Shown here: piece by piece, positions 37,468-50,369 of the stretch
Numbering within the stretch: the stretch's first letter is position 1
Layout: each line of letters starts with the position of its first letter
Source: Macrostomum lignano
Lineage: Eukaryota
Reading direction: 5' to 3'
Assembly (NCBI GenBank): GCA_002269645.1
Contig: NIVC01002247.1
Span: 94,529-158,528, forward strand
Length of the DNA stretch: 64,000 bases
Translations under genes and position numbers: made by a program
Notes under the pieces: model-generated
Told to the model about the DNA's origin: nothing
Database searches by the model: none
Seen by the model: only the letters and a program-made list of their open reading frames with translations

Positions 37468-40400
37468 ATGATTGAGGCAGCCGCTTTAACAGTGGGTGTT
37501 CATCAGCTCGAGCTGGACGTGCCGATGCTCCCGACGACCACTTCGTCCGCTGTGGCCCCGACGGCAGCGACCTCGACTGTCGACAGCGGCCTCACCATCG
37601 CCAGCGTTGTTGGCGTTGTCGGAGGAGGCTTCCAGGCTAGCGGCAGCAGAAAAGCTCAGCAGCTGAGCAGGCGGCTGCAGGGGCGACCGACAGGCAGCGA
37701 CGTCAGCGCAACCAACGGATTGAGGTGAGCCGCGTTCTGTAAGCGCAAACTAATACCGCACTGAGAGGAAGCTGTTACAAATAAACAAATCTCGGTAACC
37801 ATAGCAACTCAAGTTGCATTAACCCAACAGAGCAACAACACATCCCAGATCAGACCTGGAAAATTCAATCCAGGAATTAATGAAAATTATAAAAAAATTG
37901 CCTGGCTGAGCTGTCGCCTTTCCTCATGATAGGAGAAAAATTGAATTGGATTTAAAAAAATGAATTTCACTGATGGCGAGGCTGCACAGAATACTGAGGC
38001 CCAGAGAGGAAAACGGGAAGAAAACTTCAAAGTGGATTCCGCGACAAAAGTGCAGATTCTTTAATTTGTCATAAAATTCAATTTTATTGGCAGCTCGTCA
38101 AGCAGAGCAGTTCAAAGTTTTATTGCATCGGGCCGCGCTGCTAATGGATTTGAGTATTTTATTGAAATTGAGGGCCAGCAGGCACGTGGAGTGAATAAAA
38201 AATGGCGATTAAACGCGAGCGGTCCACTGACAGTCATAAACGCATGGGGGACGCCAGACTAGCACCTTAGCGAGCGATTATTGAATTATGGATTGGGATG
38301 GGATGGGATGAGATGGATGGGATGGGATGGGGTATGGAATGGGATTGGATGGGATGGAATGGGATGGAATGGGATGGAATGGGATGGAATGGGATGGAAT
38401 GGGATGGGATGGGGTATGAGGGGATGGGATGGGATTGGATAGGATGGGATGAGATGGGATGGGATGGGATGGGATAGGATGGGATGGGATGGGATAGGAT
38501 GGGATGTGAAATCGGCTGGGATGGGATGGGTTAGGATGAGATGGGATGGAATGAGATGGGGTGAGATTGGGATATGAACCGAGCAGGTTCACTTTGCTGG
38601 TATGGGATACCTGTAAGGCACATGTAGCAGCTCAATAAAAATGAAGGATGCCAGCATTGCACCAGCTTTACAGAGTGCCCTTGGATGCTCTGCGCAATGG
38701 TAGCGCCTGTGCCGTTGGCTGCGTTACCTGCTCTAGCTGTCTAAAGTCATGGTTAAAATACTTTTCTTACAGGAAAGCTCGAAAACTAGAGATTAACCCC
38801 GTTCATTCGAATCACCCACAGCCCACGGGCGTCAAGCTTGGGAGCAGCAGCGGCGTCGGCAGCCCCAACAGTTCGAGGCGGAGTCGGCGCAGTCGGCAGC
38901 GGCGCGAGCCGGGTGCGGCCGCTTGGTCAGTGGAACCGCCGCTGGTCGCAACTCGCAGGTCAGTCGCACCAAACCAACGAAGTCGGAAACCTGATCGGTG
39001 GCGGCGGCGGTGGCGGCGGCCGACTGACGGCCCGATTGGAGGAGGCTGCGACATCCGGGCGAATGTCCGGCAGGCAGACTTTGGCGCCGCTGCCGTTCGG
39101 GCTGGTGCAGCGGAGGCCGAAAACTTCCGCCGGAACGGCGCTGCCTGCGGCAACTGCTCCGGCCGCGGACGCTGCCGAAGATGCAAAGAAGCAGCTGCAG
39201 CAGCGGCGACAACAGTCGAGCGATGGAGAGGCATCCAACACGGCAGCGACGACCAGCCAGACTCAGCGGAGTCCCAACACCAATGGGGAGCAGGTCTGTA
39301 CAGTTTACAGAGGCACTCGCGAATCGTCATTTAAAAATACGTGTACCTGTGTAACTCCTCTTTTGGGGAAGCTGAAACTGAAAGCGTTGGAACTGAGATC
39401 TTTGGAACTGAGATCCCTGGAACTGAGATCCTTGAAACCGAGATCCTTGGAACTAAGATCCTTGGAACTGAGATCCTTGGAACTGAGATCCTTGGAACTG
39501 AGATCCCTGGAACTGAGATCCTTGAAACCGAGATCCTTGGAACTAAGATCCTTGGAACTGAGATCCTTGGAACTGAGATCCCTGGAACTGAGATCCTTGA
39601 AACCGAGATCCTTGGAACTGAGATCCTTGGAACTGAGATCCCTGGAACTGAGATCCTTGGAACTGAGATCCTTGGAACTGAGATCCCTGGAACTGAGATC
39701 CTTGAAACCGAGATCCTTGGAACTAAGATCCTTGGAACTGAGATCCTTGGAACTGAGATCCCTGGAACTGAGATCCTTGAAACCGAGATCCTTGGAACTG
39801 AGATCCTTGGAACTGAGATCCCTGGAACTGAGATCCTTGGAACTGAGATCCTTGGAACTGAGATCCTTGGAACTGAGATCCCTGGAACTGAGATCCTTGG
39901 AACTGAGATCCTTGGAACTGAGATCCTTGGAACTGAGATCCTTGGAACTGAGATCCTTGGAACTGAGATCCTTGGAACTGAGATCCTTGAAACCGAGATC
40001 CTTGAAACCGAGATCCTTGGAATTGATCCTTGGAACTGAGATCCTTGGAACTGAGATCCTTGAAACCGAGATCCTTGGAATTGAGATCCTTGGAACTAAG
40101 ATCCTTGGAACTGAAATCCCTGGAACTGAGATCCTTGGAACTGAGATACTTGAAACCGCGATCCTTGGAACTAAGATCCTTGGAACTGAGATCCTTGGAA
40201 CTGAGATCCTTGGAACTGAAATCGTTGGAACTGAAATCCCTGGAACTCGAAATGCTCGTACTTGAAACAGTCCACTAGTTGAAAATTAGGTATTTTTCTC
40301 AAGGCCATCTACGATCGGCTATAATTCTTAGAGACATCTGCCACTCTGATTGCTAGACTCGGCCGATGCAGCTGATCGACGTGCGCCTCGAGCTGCCGCA

Positions 40401-41082
40401 GTGGAGCACGCCGCGGCCTCGCCGGCTTTTCCCTTCCGCCCAATTCAGCTCCGCCTGCAATGCGCGCTCCGCCACGGCCAGAGGAGCCGCCAGCTTGGCT
40501 GCGAGCCGGGCCAAGCTCAGCCGCGTCCAGCTCGATGGCGGCGGTCAGACGGCTATGGACGGCTTTGCGGGAGCCGCTGCCGCAAGAGCCCGCCAGCTGC
40601 ACCCGATGCTGGACGCGCGCAGGCGCCGCGGCGAGGAGCTGGTGCGCTCCACTTATCTGATGGCGGCGCCGGGGCCACGAACTCTGGCGACGTCGTCCTC
40701 GGCTTCGATGAAGTCGACGAGTAACGCCGACTTTATCCTTGGTGGCGTCGAGGCCGACGACCTGTACAGCAGCGGCCTGCGGAGTCGCGTGCGAAGCGCC
40801 TACTTCAGCGCGGCAGCGGCGTCTGAGACAACGCCGCCATCGACTCCTACGCTCCAACTAATGGCCGACGATCACGAACTCATGGGAGGCGGCATCAGAC
40901 AGCCGAGGGCCAGCCCGGCCTCAGGGAGCAGCCCCTGCAGCAGCGCCCGCAGCCAGCGGACCCTCCGGTCACCGAGTCCGGTGCAGCAGCCACCGCCAAA
41001 CACAGCCGAAAGTTGCAACCTGATTGGCCAAGGCCATCGAGGCCAGTCAACAACAAGTTTGCATATCGCTTACCGGCAGTAG
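37468..41082 (+). CDS. Hypothetical low-complexity protein, about 484 aa; tentative exons 37468-37724, 38822-39293, 40357-41082
   Basis: GC-rich blocks joined in phase (GTGAGC 37725/CACAG 38821; GTCTGT 39294/CTAG 40356); last exon has strong GC3 bias. No family recognised; exon 1-2 boundaries uncertain. Confidence 0.5.
38290..38572 (+). repeat. (GGATG/GGAAT)n pentamer microsatellite
   Basis: GGGAT/GGAAT pentamers, intronic. Confidence 0.92.
39388..40250. repeat. 15-bp minisatellite, about 57 copies, intronic
   Basis: Unit GGAACTGAGATCCTT; source of ELRSL/GTEIL pseudo-ORFs. Confidence 0.96.
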
Positions 41083-41208
41083 CGAGACTGCTTATTTTTA
41101 TATGTACTTTTATTTCCACTGCAGTGCATTACTCAGTTTATCCAACATGTTGAACCTATGACAGAACAGGTAAATGATTAAAATAAAGAAATATAGATTT
41201 GTCTAGAT

Positions 41209-41346
41209 CTGGGAGCGGCAGATTATCACCTCAAGGGCCAGATAAAGAATAGAGGGAATAGAGGACAGAAAAGAGGAGAGAAACGAGAGGAGAATTTTCA
41301 TGAACCCGAGGGCCAGATAGAAAGACAAGGAGTTTGCCGACCAACA
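41209..41346. mobile_element. Degenerate Charlie/MER58-like hAT MITE (about 138 bp)
   Basis: Flanks GTCTAGAT / GTCCAGAT (7/8 match; Charlie-type TCTAGA target); ends ...GCGGCA / TGCCGACC; internal AAGGGCCAGATA motif. Confidence 0.5.
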
Positions 41347-42497
41347 GTCCAGATAAAAAACATTCAATAAGCTACTTAAAGGTCAAGGCCCGCTCAGTTG
41401 TGAAAGCAGGTGCAAAACGTGCTCAGGATCTGAAATATAGGTCTGCTATTAAATGGGCACCAGAAAGCAGCAATGCGAATGGACTGGATCCCGAATTAAC
41501 AAGATTGAGAAGAGCATCCAAAGCACGAACCCAAAATAAACAAGCCGAAGTCAGGCAAGCCGGAGATTTCACTTTCAACTCAGCAGTTAAAGAAGCGAGA
41601 GGAGTTTTTTGTGCCGGATTTTCGCAATCCGCATTTTTCTCTATCAAGTTTGTTTTACTATTCGATAAAAGTAACGCGGCAGACAGACAAGTACGACTAC
41701 AGTAAATGGACAGTCGGACAAAGCAAAAAAGTGCGGTACAAAAAGGGGACACGCGCGCCACAAGTACATTGGCAATAAAAAGAAATTCCTTTAGAAAGCG
41801 AGCAGAAAGTAAAAACAGAATACAGGAAACCGGGTCAGCAAATTATGAGAGCGCTGCTGCTGCAGTTCTAAACTACTACTGAATACGGCCGATGCGCGAG
41901 TAGACAGGATAGGACATGAAGCTCAAATTTGGCAGGGCCGAGCAATACAGAATGGAACAAAAAGAAAATATAAAAAGTGAGTTTGGACAGACTTGCATTG
42001 GTTATTGTAAAGCTCATAATAGAAAATCGAATTATTAGTTATACCATGCAATAATATCTTGGATTTTTGGCTTAGACACTAAAAGTACAACTTAAAAACA
42101 GTTGCCAACTCTTGGAGCGGCAGTCGGTGACAAAACTGATTAGGGTTGACAAGGCTCAACTCTCTGTGTTAGAAGCAAAAATGACTGTTAAACTGTGAAT
42201 TTAAAAAAAAACGCACGCAAATAAAACAAATTTAAATTGTTGAACGCAAAATCGGGCGCAGAGAAAATGACTTTTGGTTGGCTTGTTGAGAGGCAGAGAA
42301 AAGTGAGGATAAAAATTAAAAAACACGACAAGAAAAGCTGCTGCAAAATGGCGGGTACGCTCGTACTTGGTGAGAGTTTCACAACAATAAAGCAGACAAA
42401 TTTAAAGCAAAACAATAAAGCGACGCAAATATTTGGGACACATATTTTTGTTCAATATGTTGCTTCTTCGAGTGAAACTTTTTTAGAAATCTTCCTC

Positions 42498-45400
42498 TCA
42501 AAGCAGCTGGCAGCCCCAGCCGCGCCAGCGCTTGGCCTGAGGAGCTTCGGGCTCCAGCGGCGCGGCGGCCGCCTCCGGTTCACCCCTGTTTTCGTCCCGC
42601 TGCGGCTGCTGCAGTTGCACCTCCTCCGTCGCGGAGTTGTCGACCTCCTGCCGGCCGCGCTTGCGCCGCGAGGAGCGCGCCGGCGACTGAGGCTGCGGAC
42701 TGGCGGCGGCAGCGGCGGCGCTCAGCCGTTTGCTCTGCCGCTTCTTGCTGCGCGCTGAGACTGCGGGCGAGGCCGAATGCGCAGCCGCAGCCGCCAGGGT
42801 TGGCGCAGACGAGAGCGACGGCTTTTGGCAATTGACGTCGGACTGCGACTGCGGGGTGTCGCCGCCATTCACTTCGACGCTGTCACCGGTGGAAGCGGTG
42901 GCGGCAGCGGCGGTGGAGCTGTCCGCCTTCCCCAGTCGGCAGTCGGCGAACCAATCGTGAGCGACCACGTCGGCCATGCCGAGGCGTCGTTCGGGCAGCG
43001 GCTCCAGCATGGCCAGCAAGAGACTGGCGACTGACGGCGACACGGCGATTGACGGCGAAGCTTCATCGGACGGCGAATCTGGCAGCTCTGTCGAGGCGGC
43101 AGCTCTCAGAGCTAGCAGCTCCGCATCCGCATCGCGATCGTAGGAGCGACCGAACAAGCTGCGGAAATGTTGAAATGGATTCCAGTGAGATCTGCTTAGC
43201 CCATCACACTCTGCATTTCTCAGCAGGGGCGTAACTTCCTCGGCGAAATCGTCCCACAACCCTCGATTTGGCGTGGGCTGTGGTAATTACAGTACATAAA
43301 AATGCTCTCACCATGTGAACAGCAAAGCGCCAAGCGACCAGACGTCGCACTTATTTGTGTAGCTCTGCTCGTCCTCAAGCAAGTCGATCTCGGGCGCGGT
43401 GTAGCCCGGCGTGCCGCAGACTGTGCGCAGCACGGTGCCCCTGTGTAGCAGCTTGCTGAGACCGAAGTCTGTCAGCTTCACGGTTGGCATGTCGGCGTTT
43501 TTGTCAACTAGCAGCACGTTCTCGGGCTGCGGGTGGGCAGCGGGCTTGTTGGAATTCAAACCTACTCGTGTGCTCAGATGTCAAGGACTCATTTAGGACT
43601 GCTCAGATAGTCAACCACTCATTTAGGACTGCTCAGATAGTCAACCACTCATTTAGGACTGCTCAGATAGTCAACCACTCATTTAGGACTGCTCAGATAG
43701 TCAACCACTCATTTAGGACTGCTCAGATAGTCAACCACTCATTTAGGACTGCTCAGATAGTCAACCACTCATTTAGGACTGCTCAGATAGTCAACCACTC
43801 ATTTAAGACTGCTCAGATGTCAAGGACTCATTTAGGACTGCTCAGATAGTCAACCACTCATTTAGGACTGCTCAGATAGTCAACCACTCAGTTGGGACTG
43901 CTCAGATAGTCAACCACTCAGTTGGGACTGCTCAGATAGTCAACCACTCATTTAAGACTGCTCAGATGTCAAGGACTCATTTAGGACTGCTCAGATAGTC
44001 AACCACTCATTTAGGACTGCTCAGATAGTCAACCACTCAGTTGGGACTGCTCAGATAGTCAACCACTCAGTTGGGACTGCTCAGATAGTCAACCACTCAT
44101 TTAAGACTGCTCAGATGTCAAGGACTCATTTAGGACTGCTCAGATAGTCAACCACTCATTTAGGACTGCTCAGATAGTCAACCACTCAGTTGGGACTGCT
44201 CAGATAGTCAACCACTCAGTTGGGACTGCTCAGATAGTCAACCACTCATTTAAGACTGCTCAGATGTCAAGGACTCATTTAGGACTGCTCAGATAGTCAA
44301 CCACTCATTTAAGACTGCTCAGATAGTCAACCACTCAGTTAGGACTGCTCCGATGGTCAAGGACTCAGTTAGGACTGCTCAGATGGTCAACCACTCAGTT
44401 AGGACTGCTCAGATGGTCAAGGACTCAGTTAGGACTGCTCAGATAGTCAACCATTCAGTTAGGACTGCTCAGATGGTCAACCACTCAGTTAGGACTGCTC
44501 AGATGGTCAACCACTCAGTTAGGACTGCTCAGATGGTCAACCATTCAGTTAGGACTGCTCAGATGGTCAACCACTCAGTTAGGACTGCTCAGATGGTCAA
44601 GGACTCAGTTAGGACTGCTCAGATAGTCAACCATTCAGTTAGGACTGCTCAGATGGTCAACCACTCAGTTAGGACTGCTCAGATGGTCAACCACTCAGTT
44701 AGGACTGCTCAGATGGTCCAGGACTGAGTTGGGACTGCTCAGATGGTCAAGGACTCATTTAGGACTGCTCCGATGGTCAAGGACTCAGATAGGACTGCTC
44801 AGATGGTCAAGGACTCATTTAGGACTGCTCAGATTGTCAACCACTCAGTTAGGACTGCTCAGATAGTCAACCACTCAGTTAGGACTGCTCAGATAGTCAA
44901 CCACTCAGTTAGGACTGCTCAGATGGTCAGGCACTCAGTTAGGACTGCTCAGATGGTCAAGGACTCAGTTAGGACTGCTCAGATAGTCAACCACTCATTT
45001 AAGACTGCTCAGATAGTCAACCACTCAGTTAGGACTGCTCAGATGGTCAGGCACTCAGTTAGGACTGCTCAGATGGTCAAGGACTCAGTTAGGACTGCTC
45101 AGATGGTCAAGGACTCAGATAGGACTGCTCAGATGGTCAAGGACTCATTTAGGACTGGTCAGATGGTCAAGGACTCAGATAGGACTGCTCAGATGGTCAA
45201 GGACTCATTTAGGACTGCTCAGATAGTCAACCACTCAGTTAGGACTGCTCAGATGGTCAGGCACTCAGTTAGGACTGCTCAGATGGTCAAGGACTCAGTT
45301 AGGACTGCTCAGATAGTCAACCACTCAGTTAGGACTGCTCAGATGGTCAGGCACTCAGTTAGGACTGCTCAGATGGTCAAGGACTCAGTTAGGACTGCTC

Positions 45401-48400
45401 AGATGGTCAAGGACTCAGATAGGACTGCTCAGATGGTCAAGGACTCATTTAGGACTGGTCAGATGGTCAAGGACTCAGATAGGACTGCTCAGATGGTCAA
45501 GGACTCAGTTAGGACTGCTCAGATGGTCAAGGACTCAGTTAGGACTGCTCAGATCAGATGGTCCAGGACTGAGTTGGGACTGCTCAGATGGTCAAGGACT
45601 CAGATAGGACTGCTCAGATGGTCAAGGACTCAGATAGGACTGCTCAGATGGTCAAGGACTCATTTAGGACTGGTCAGATGGTCAAGGACTCAGATAGGAC
45701 TGCTCAGATGGTCAAGGACTCAGATAGGACTGCTCAGATGGTCAAGGACTCAGATAGGACTGCTCAGATGGTCAAGGACTCAGTTAGGACTGCTCAGATC
45801 AGATGGTCCAGGACTGAGTTGGGACTGCTCAGATGGTCAAGGACTCAGATAGGACTGCTCAGATGGTCAAGGACTCAGATAGGACTGCTCAGATGGTCAA
45901 GGACTCATTTAGGACTGGTCAGATGGTCAAGGACTCAGATAGGACTGCTCAGATGGTCAAGGACTCAGATAGGACTGCTCAGATGGTCAAGGACTCAGAT
46001 AGGACTGCTCAGATGGTCAAGGACTCAGTTAGGACTGCTCAGATGGTCTAGGTAACAGGGAAAGCAACAACAATAACAAAATAAACGTTAAACAAACCTT
46101 AATGTCCCGATGAGTAATGTTGTTCTCGTGCAGATGCTGGAGCGCAATTGAAATTCGAATGAAATTGTAAAAATCATTTGACATCTGGTAATGAAACAGC
46201 AGATTAAATAAAAGTTGAAAAACCAAAATTTCAACGAACCAGAATTGCATCAGCCAGCTGATAGCCAATGTGCTTGGCCTGAGCCTCCGACAGGGTTTTG
46301 CACTCGCTAATTTTATCGTACAGGTCGCCGCCCGCCATGCTGGAAAGTTGAAGATAAAAGTACACTGGCTTCCAGAATGACATTCCCAGTGACAATGAGT
46401 TCTCCCCCTGGCAACGATGTTCCTAATGGCTAGAATTCTTCCCTTAGCAAAAATATAAATTTCTTCCATTCTCAACACAACGGAAATTCCATTTAGTCAA
46501 ACTCACTATTCCAGAACGATGAAGGCCTCCTCCGTCTCGTTAATAAACTCCATCACCCGGATAATGTTGGGATGCTGAATCGTCATCAGGTTCTTCACCT
46601 CCTGCGTCTGGATGGCCCGGTCAACCTCGGAGACCTGCGGTAGATTGGAAATGGATACACATCAATCACTAGTGGAAACACATCAATCACTAGTGGAAAC
46701 ACATCAATCACTAGGGGAAACACATCAATCACTAGGGGAAACACATCAATCACTAGGGGAAACACATCAATCACTAGGGGAAACACATCAATCACTAGGG
46801 GAAACACATCAATCACTAGTGGAAACACATCAATCACTAGGGGAAACACATCAATCACTAGGCAAACACATCAATCACTAGTGGAAACACATCAATCACT
46901 AGGGGAAACACATCAATCACTAGGCAAACACATCAATCACTAGGGGAAACACATCAATCACTAGGGGAAACACATCAATCACTAGGGGAAACACATCAAT
47001 CACTAGGGGAAACACATCAATCACTAGTGGAAACACATCAATCACTAGGGGAAACACATCAATCACTAGGCAAACACATCAATCACTAGTGGAAACACAT
47101 CAATCACTAGGCAAACACATCAATCACTAGGCAAACACATCAATCACTAGGGGAAACACATCAATCACTAGGAGAAGCACATCAATCACTGGGGAAAGCA
47201 TATAAAGCACTAGGGGAAATACATTAATCGCTAGGGGAAACACACTAAGTACACAAAAAACTCACATTGCCTAAGTAGAACAAGTCCCGCTTGCTCAGAA
47301 TTTTGATTGCGCATGGCTCGCAGGTGCCAATCTCGTAGGCGAGATAAACTGCGCCAAAGCCGCCCTCGCCGAGCTGTTTGGACAGCACATATTTGTCGGC
47401 TAAAGAGGCCGGCAGCTTCGGCTTCTGGTCCGATTCGGAGCTGCCGCAGGCGGTGTACATCCAGCAGCGGTTGCTAGGCGACAGCAGAGAGATAACCTGG
47501 TTGGATTGGAGCAATACCTGCTTGTCCTTGCCTGGCAAAGAGTGGAGGGAGGTGTGAAACAAAATAACACCGCCAGTAAGTCCCTCTGTTAAGCGCATAG
47601 CCCACCAAAAGACCGTCTATGGCTGAGATAAAGTAACTAACCACTCATATGCTCATTTGACGGGTTAATGTAAGAATTTCCTATAAGTAGGCCTTTATGT
47701 AAAAACATTATTGAATTGAAAGATTTCAGAAAAATATCTTAGCTCTTGTCATTGAGTTCAACTTCCCTGCGGTTCTCTGCTCGGTATAGCGTTGAGATTT
47801 GTGTTGCTTAGTTTTGTGGCCCAATTATAAATCGATTTTACATGTATAATTAAGCCCACCCACAACAAACGGTTTCGATCGGAAAGCTATAATATCAGCA
47901 GGATTAGCGGTGGTAGAAAACGGGGTGGGCTGTGGTCTGACTAGTAAACAGATAGCCTTACACACAGTCATAAAATCAGCGGGTGGTAGAAAACGGGGTG
48001 GGCTGTGGTCTGACTAGTAAACAGATAGCCTTACACACAGTCATAAAATCAGCGGGTGGTAGAAAACGGGGTGGGCTGTGGTCTGACTAGTAAACAGATA
48101 GCCTTACACACAGTCATAAAATCAGCGGTTGGTAGAAAACGGGGTGGGCTGTGGTCTGACTAGTAAACAGATAAGCCTCACACAGTCATAAAATCAGCGG
48201 GTGGTAGAAAACGGGGTGGGCTGTGGTCTGACTAGTAAACAGATAAGCCTCACACACAGTCATAAAATCAGCGGGTGGTAGAAAATAGGGTGGGCTGTGG
48301 TCTGACTAGTAAACAGATAAGCCTCACACACAGTTATAAATCAGCGGGTGGTAGAAAACAGGGTGGGCTGTGATCTGACTAGTAATCAGATAAGCCCAAG

Positions 48401-49163
48401 TGAGAGTCAACATTAATATAGCACTGCATAACGCAAAGATTACCCGATCCATGATCAGCTTACCAATCTTAACGCCATCAACAAACGTTCCATTAGTACT
48501 GTGATCTTGCAAAATAGTGACCATGGTAACGGTCGGCTCGGCGTGGCCATTAGCTTGTTCGTCGGCGCAGTCGCCATTGCCATTAGTGTTTATTTTGCTC
48601 TCGCCGTTGTTAACTGACTGGCCCAAAGAATCGTTTCTCTGACTGTCTACCTTAACGTCCGGCTGGAAGGAAGTTTTGTGATTTTTAATAATTTTTATTC
48701 TGAACCTAAGATCAACCTAGTGAGCAATATGATTGATTGAACAGTCTTACCATTCGTAGCAGAGTGAAGTGATGAGTAGAAATTTGCTGGCTCCGCTTCA
48801 AACTGGGCAGGCAAAAGTCGCACGAGCTGCCGCGACCAACAGAAACTGAGTGCTTCTGCAGCTCTGCGAGTCATTTTTGATAGGGAAAATTAGTTAGCAA
48901 AGATTAGGTGGCTTGCTGGAGGAACTGGGGGAGACAAGGGTGACCCATAGCTTGGTATATAAGAATATAAGCTCAGATTGCCACTTACCAATAGAAGGAA
49001 AATCATCATTTACAGATAACAGCCGTCCCCAAGTTGGTAATCCATTTCCATTTACAGGATTCTGGCTACCATTCTCAATGGTAGGAGTAGCCCCATTGGT
49101 GTCAATTATTTCATCAAAGTCTTTATAGCCATCTATGAACTGTGTAGCACATACTTCAGACAT
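42498..49163 (-). CDS. CHEK2: Checkpoint kinase 2-like FHA-domain Ser/Thr kinase, about 631 aa; exons 49163-48989, 48863-48751, 48662-48464, 47531-47266, 46634-46507, 46339-46240, 46136-46098, 43526-43312, 43158-42498
   Basis: FHA (TWGRLL, VGRGSSCD, STHHF, DHSTNGTFV); kinase LGEGGFGAV, CAIK, HPNII, LEYMAGGDL, HRDIKPEN, DFGLSK, TVCGTPGYTAPE, DVWSLG, HDWF. All nine exons join in phase; total 1896 nt. Confidence 0.9.
43570..46050. repeat. 30-bp minisatellite, about 82 copies, in Chk2 intron 7
   Basis: Unit AGGACTGCTCAGAT(A/G)GTCAA(CC/GG)ACTCA(G/T)TT with higher-order blocks. Confidence 0.97.
46655..47245. repeat. 19-21 bp minisatellite in Chk2 intron 4
   Basis: Unit CACATCAATCACTAGGGGAAA. Confidence 0.96.
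47900..48395. repeat. About 73-bp tandem repeat, about 6.5 copies, in Chk2 intron 3
   Basis: Unit CATAAAATCAGCGGGTGGTAGAAAACGGGGTGGGCTGTGGTCTGACTAGTAAACAGATAGCCTTACACACAGT. Confidence 0.95.
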
Positions 49164-49540
49164 GATTATGCTGTTGTAAATAAAAGTAGAATTAGTGCAT
49201 AAAACAATTTCATTTACTTATTTGTCAATTTGGAGGTAACCAAAATTCTAAGCACAAAAAAGACTTAGGTATGCGAAATCCATCAAAAAACCGCATGTTG
49301 ATTTTTAGGTTTCTCTTTATTTTTTAGTTAAATATTAAAAAAAAAATTAGGCAAAATTAAACAAATATAATATAATTTTGACATAGTATAGCTTAACTAC
49401 TTGCTATATGACAGCTAATTAGAATATATCTGCCTTTTGTATAGATGTCTTGTCTAAGCCTTGACTATTGCATAACAGTGTTTTAATATATAAAGCTTTA
49501 GCCAATTTGAGTATTTGCACTCAAAGATCTTTATGGACAA

Positions 49541-49690
49541 GGGGGTTGTAGTCTAGTAGTTAGTGTTAGACTCACAACTTGAAGGTTAAAAGTTTAAGTC
49601 TTGACCTACTCAGAACAATTTGCAAGACATTTAACTCTGCATTGCTTTAGTTTATCACACAGCTAAAATGGGTACTAATAATAATAAATG
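49541..49690 (+). mobile_element. Degenerate tRNA-derived SINE-like relic
   Basis: A-box-like GGGGTTGTAGTCTAGTAGTTAG, decayed B-box region, then GCAAGACATTTAAC...CAGCTAAAATGGGTAC, resembling conserved central SINE domains. Confidence 0.35.
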
Positions 49691-50369
49691 GATAATAAAG
49701 GGTAGGTATGGCTATATATAGCTTTTAGATATACCATGCAATAGCTGCAGCTAAGCTACTGGCTTCAAATTTTGAAAATGAAAGATGAAAGATTTCTCAC
49801 TCATAGCACAGGGCTTGCAAAACATGGCCAAGTCTTGTGTAGCTACATGAGCAGGAATGCACAAATCAAGAGCATGCTGCTGTGGTACTACACCCAATAT
49901 CGCCAATTGGTTTGCGCGTCTGCCTGTGCCTTTGCGTCTATCTGCTTGTGTCTGCTTGTGCCTTCTTATAGTGTATTATACATTTTAGTGTTAAGCATGA
50001 CAGGAGTGAAATACCTTATACATGTATGGCATGATCAATTGATGAGTGCGCATGAATCGTGCGTAATTATATACTCCAATCAAGAGCATTACCAGATATC
50101 AAGATTTGCTGTGGGGGCTTTGGTTGACTGTGCCAGTCAACCAAAATGCCAATGATTGGACAAAATGCCAATTGACAAAATAACCATCACCTAAATATTG
50201 AATTATAAATGCTACAAATTCATTTATATAAATTCAATGAGAGATAGCCTAGATGTGAACACACTAGACTGCTAATGCAGCAACCTACATTTGAATCTTA
50301 GTAGTGTAAATAAAAGTAGTATAATTTTTATTGAAAGCTTTTGTTTAAAGGACTAATTAAAAAGATCTA

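Noticed and set aside
40309-40857. Antisense or alternative-frame ORFs over GC-rich exons (also 62843..63988, 38812..39330, 42580..43066)
   Set aside because: Shadow ORFs expected from high GC3 in the true coding frame.
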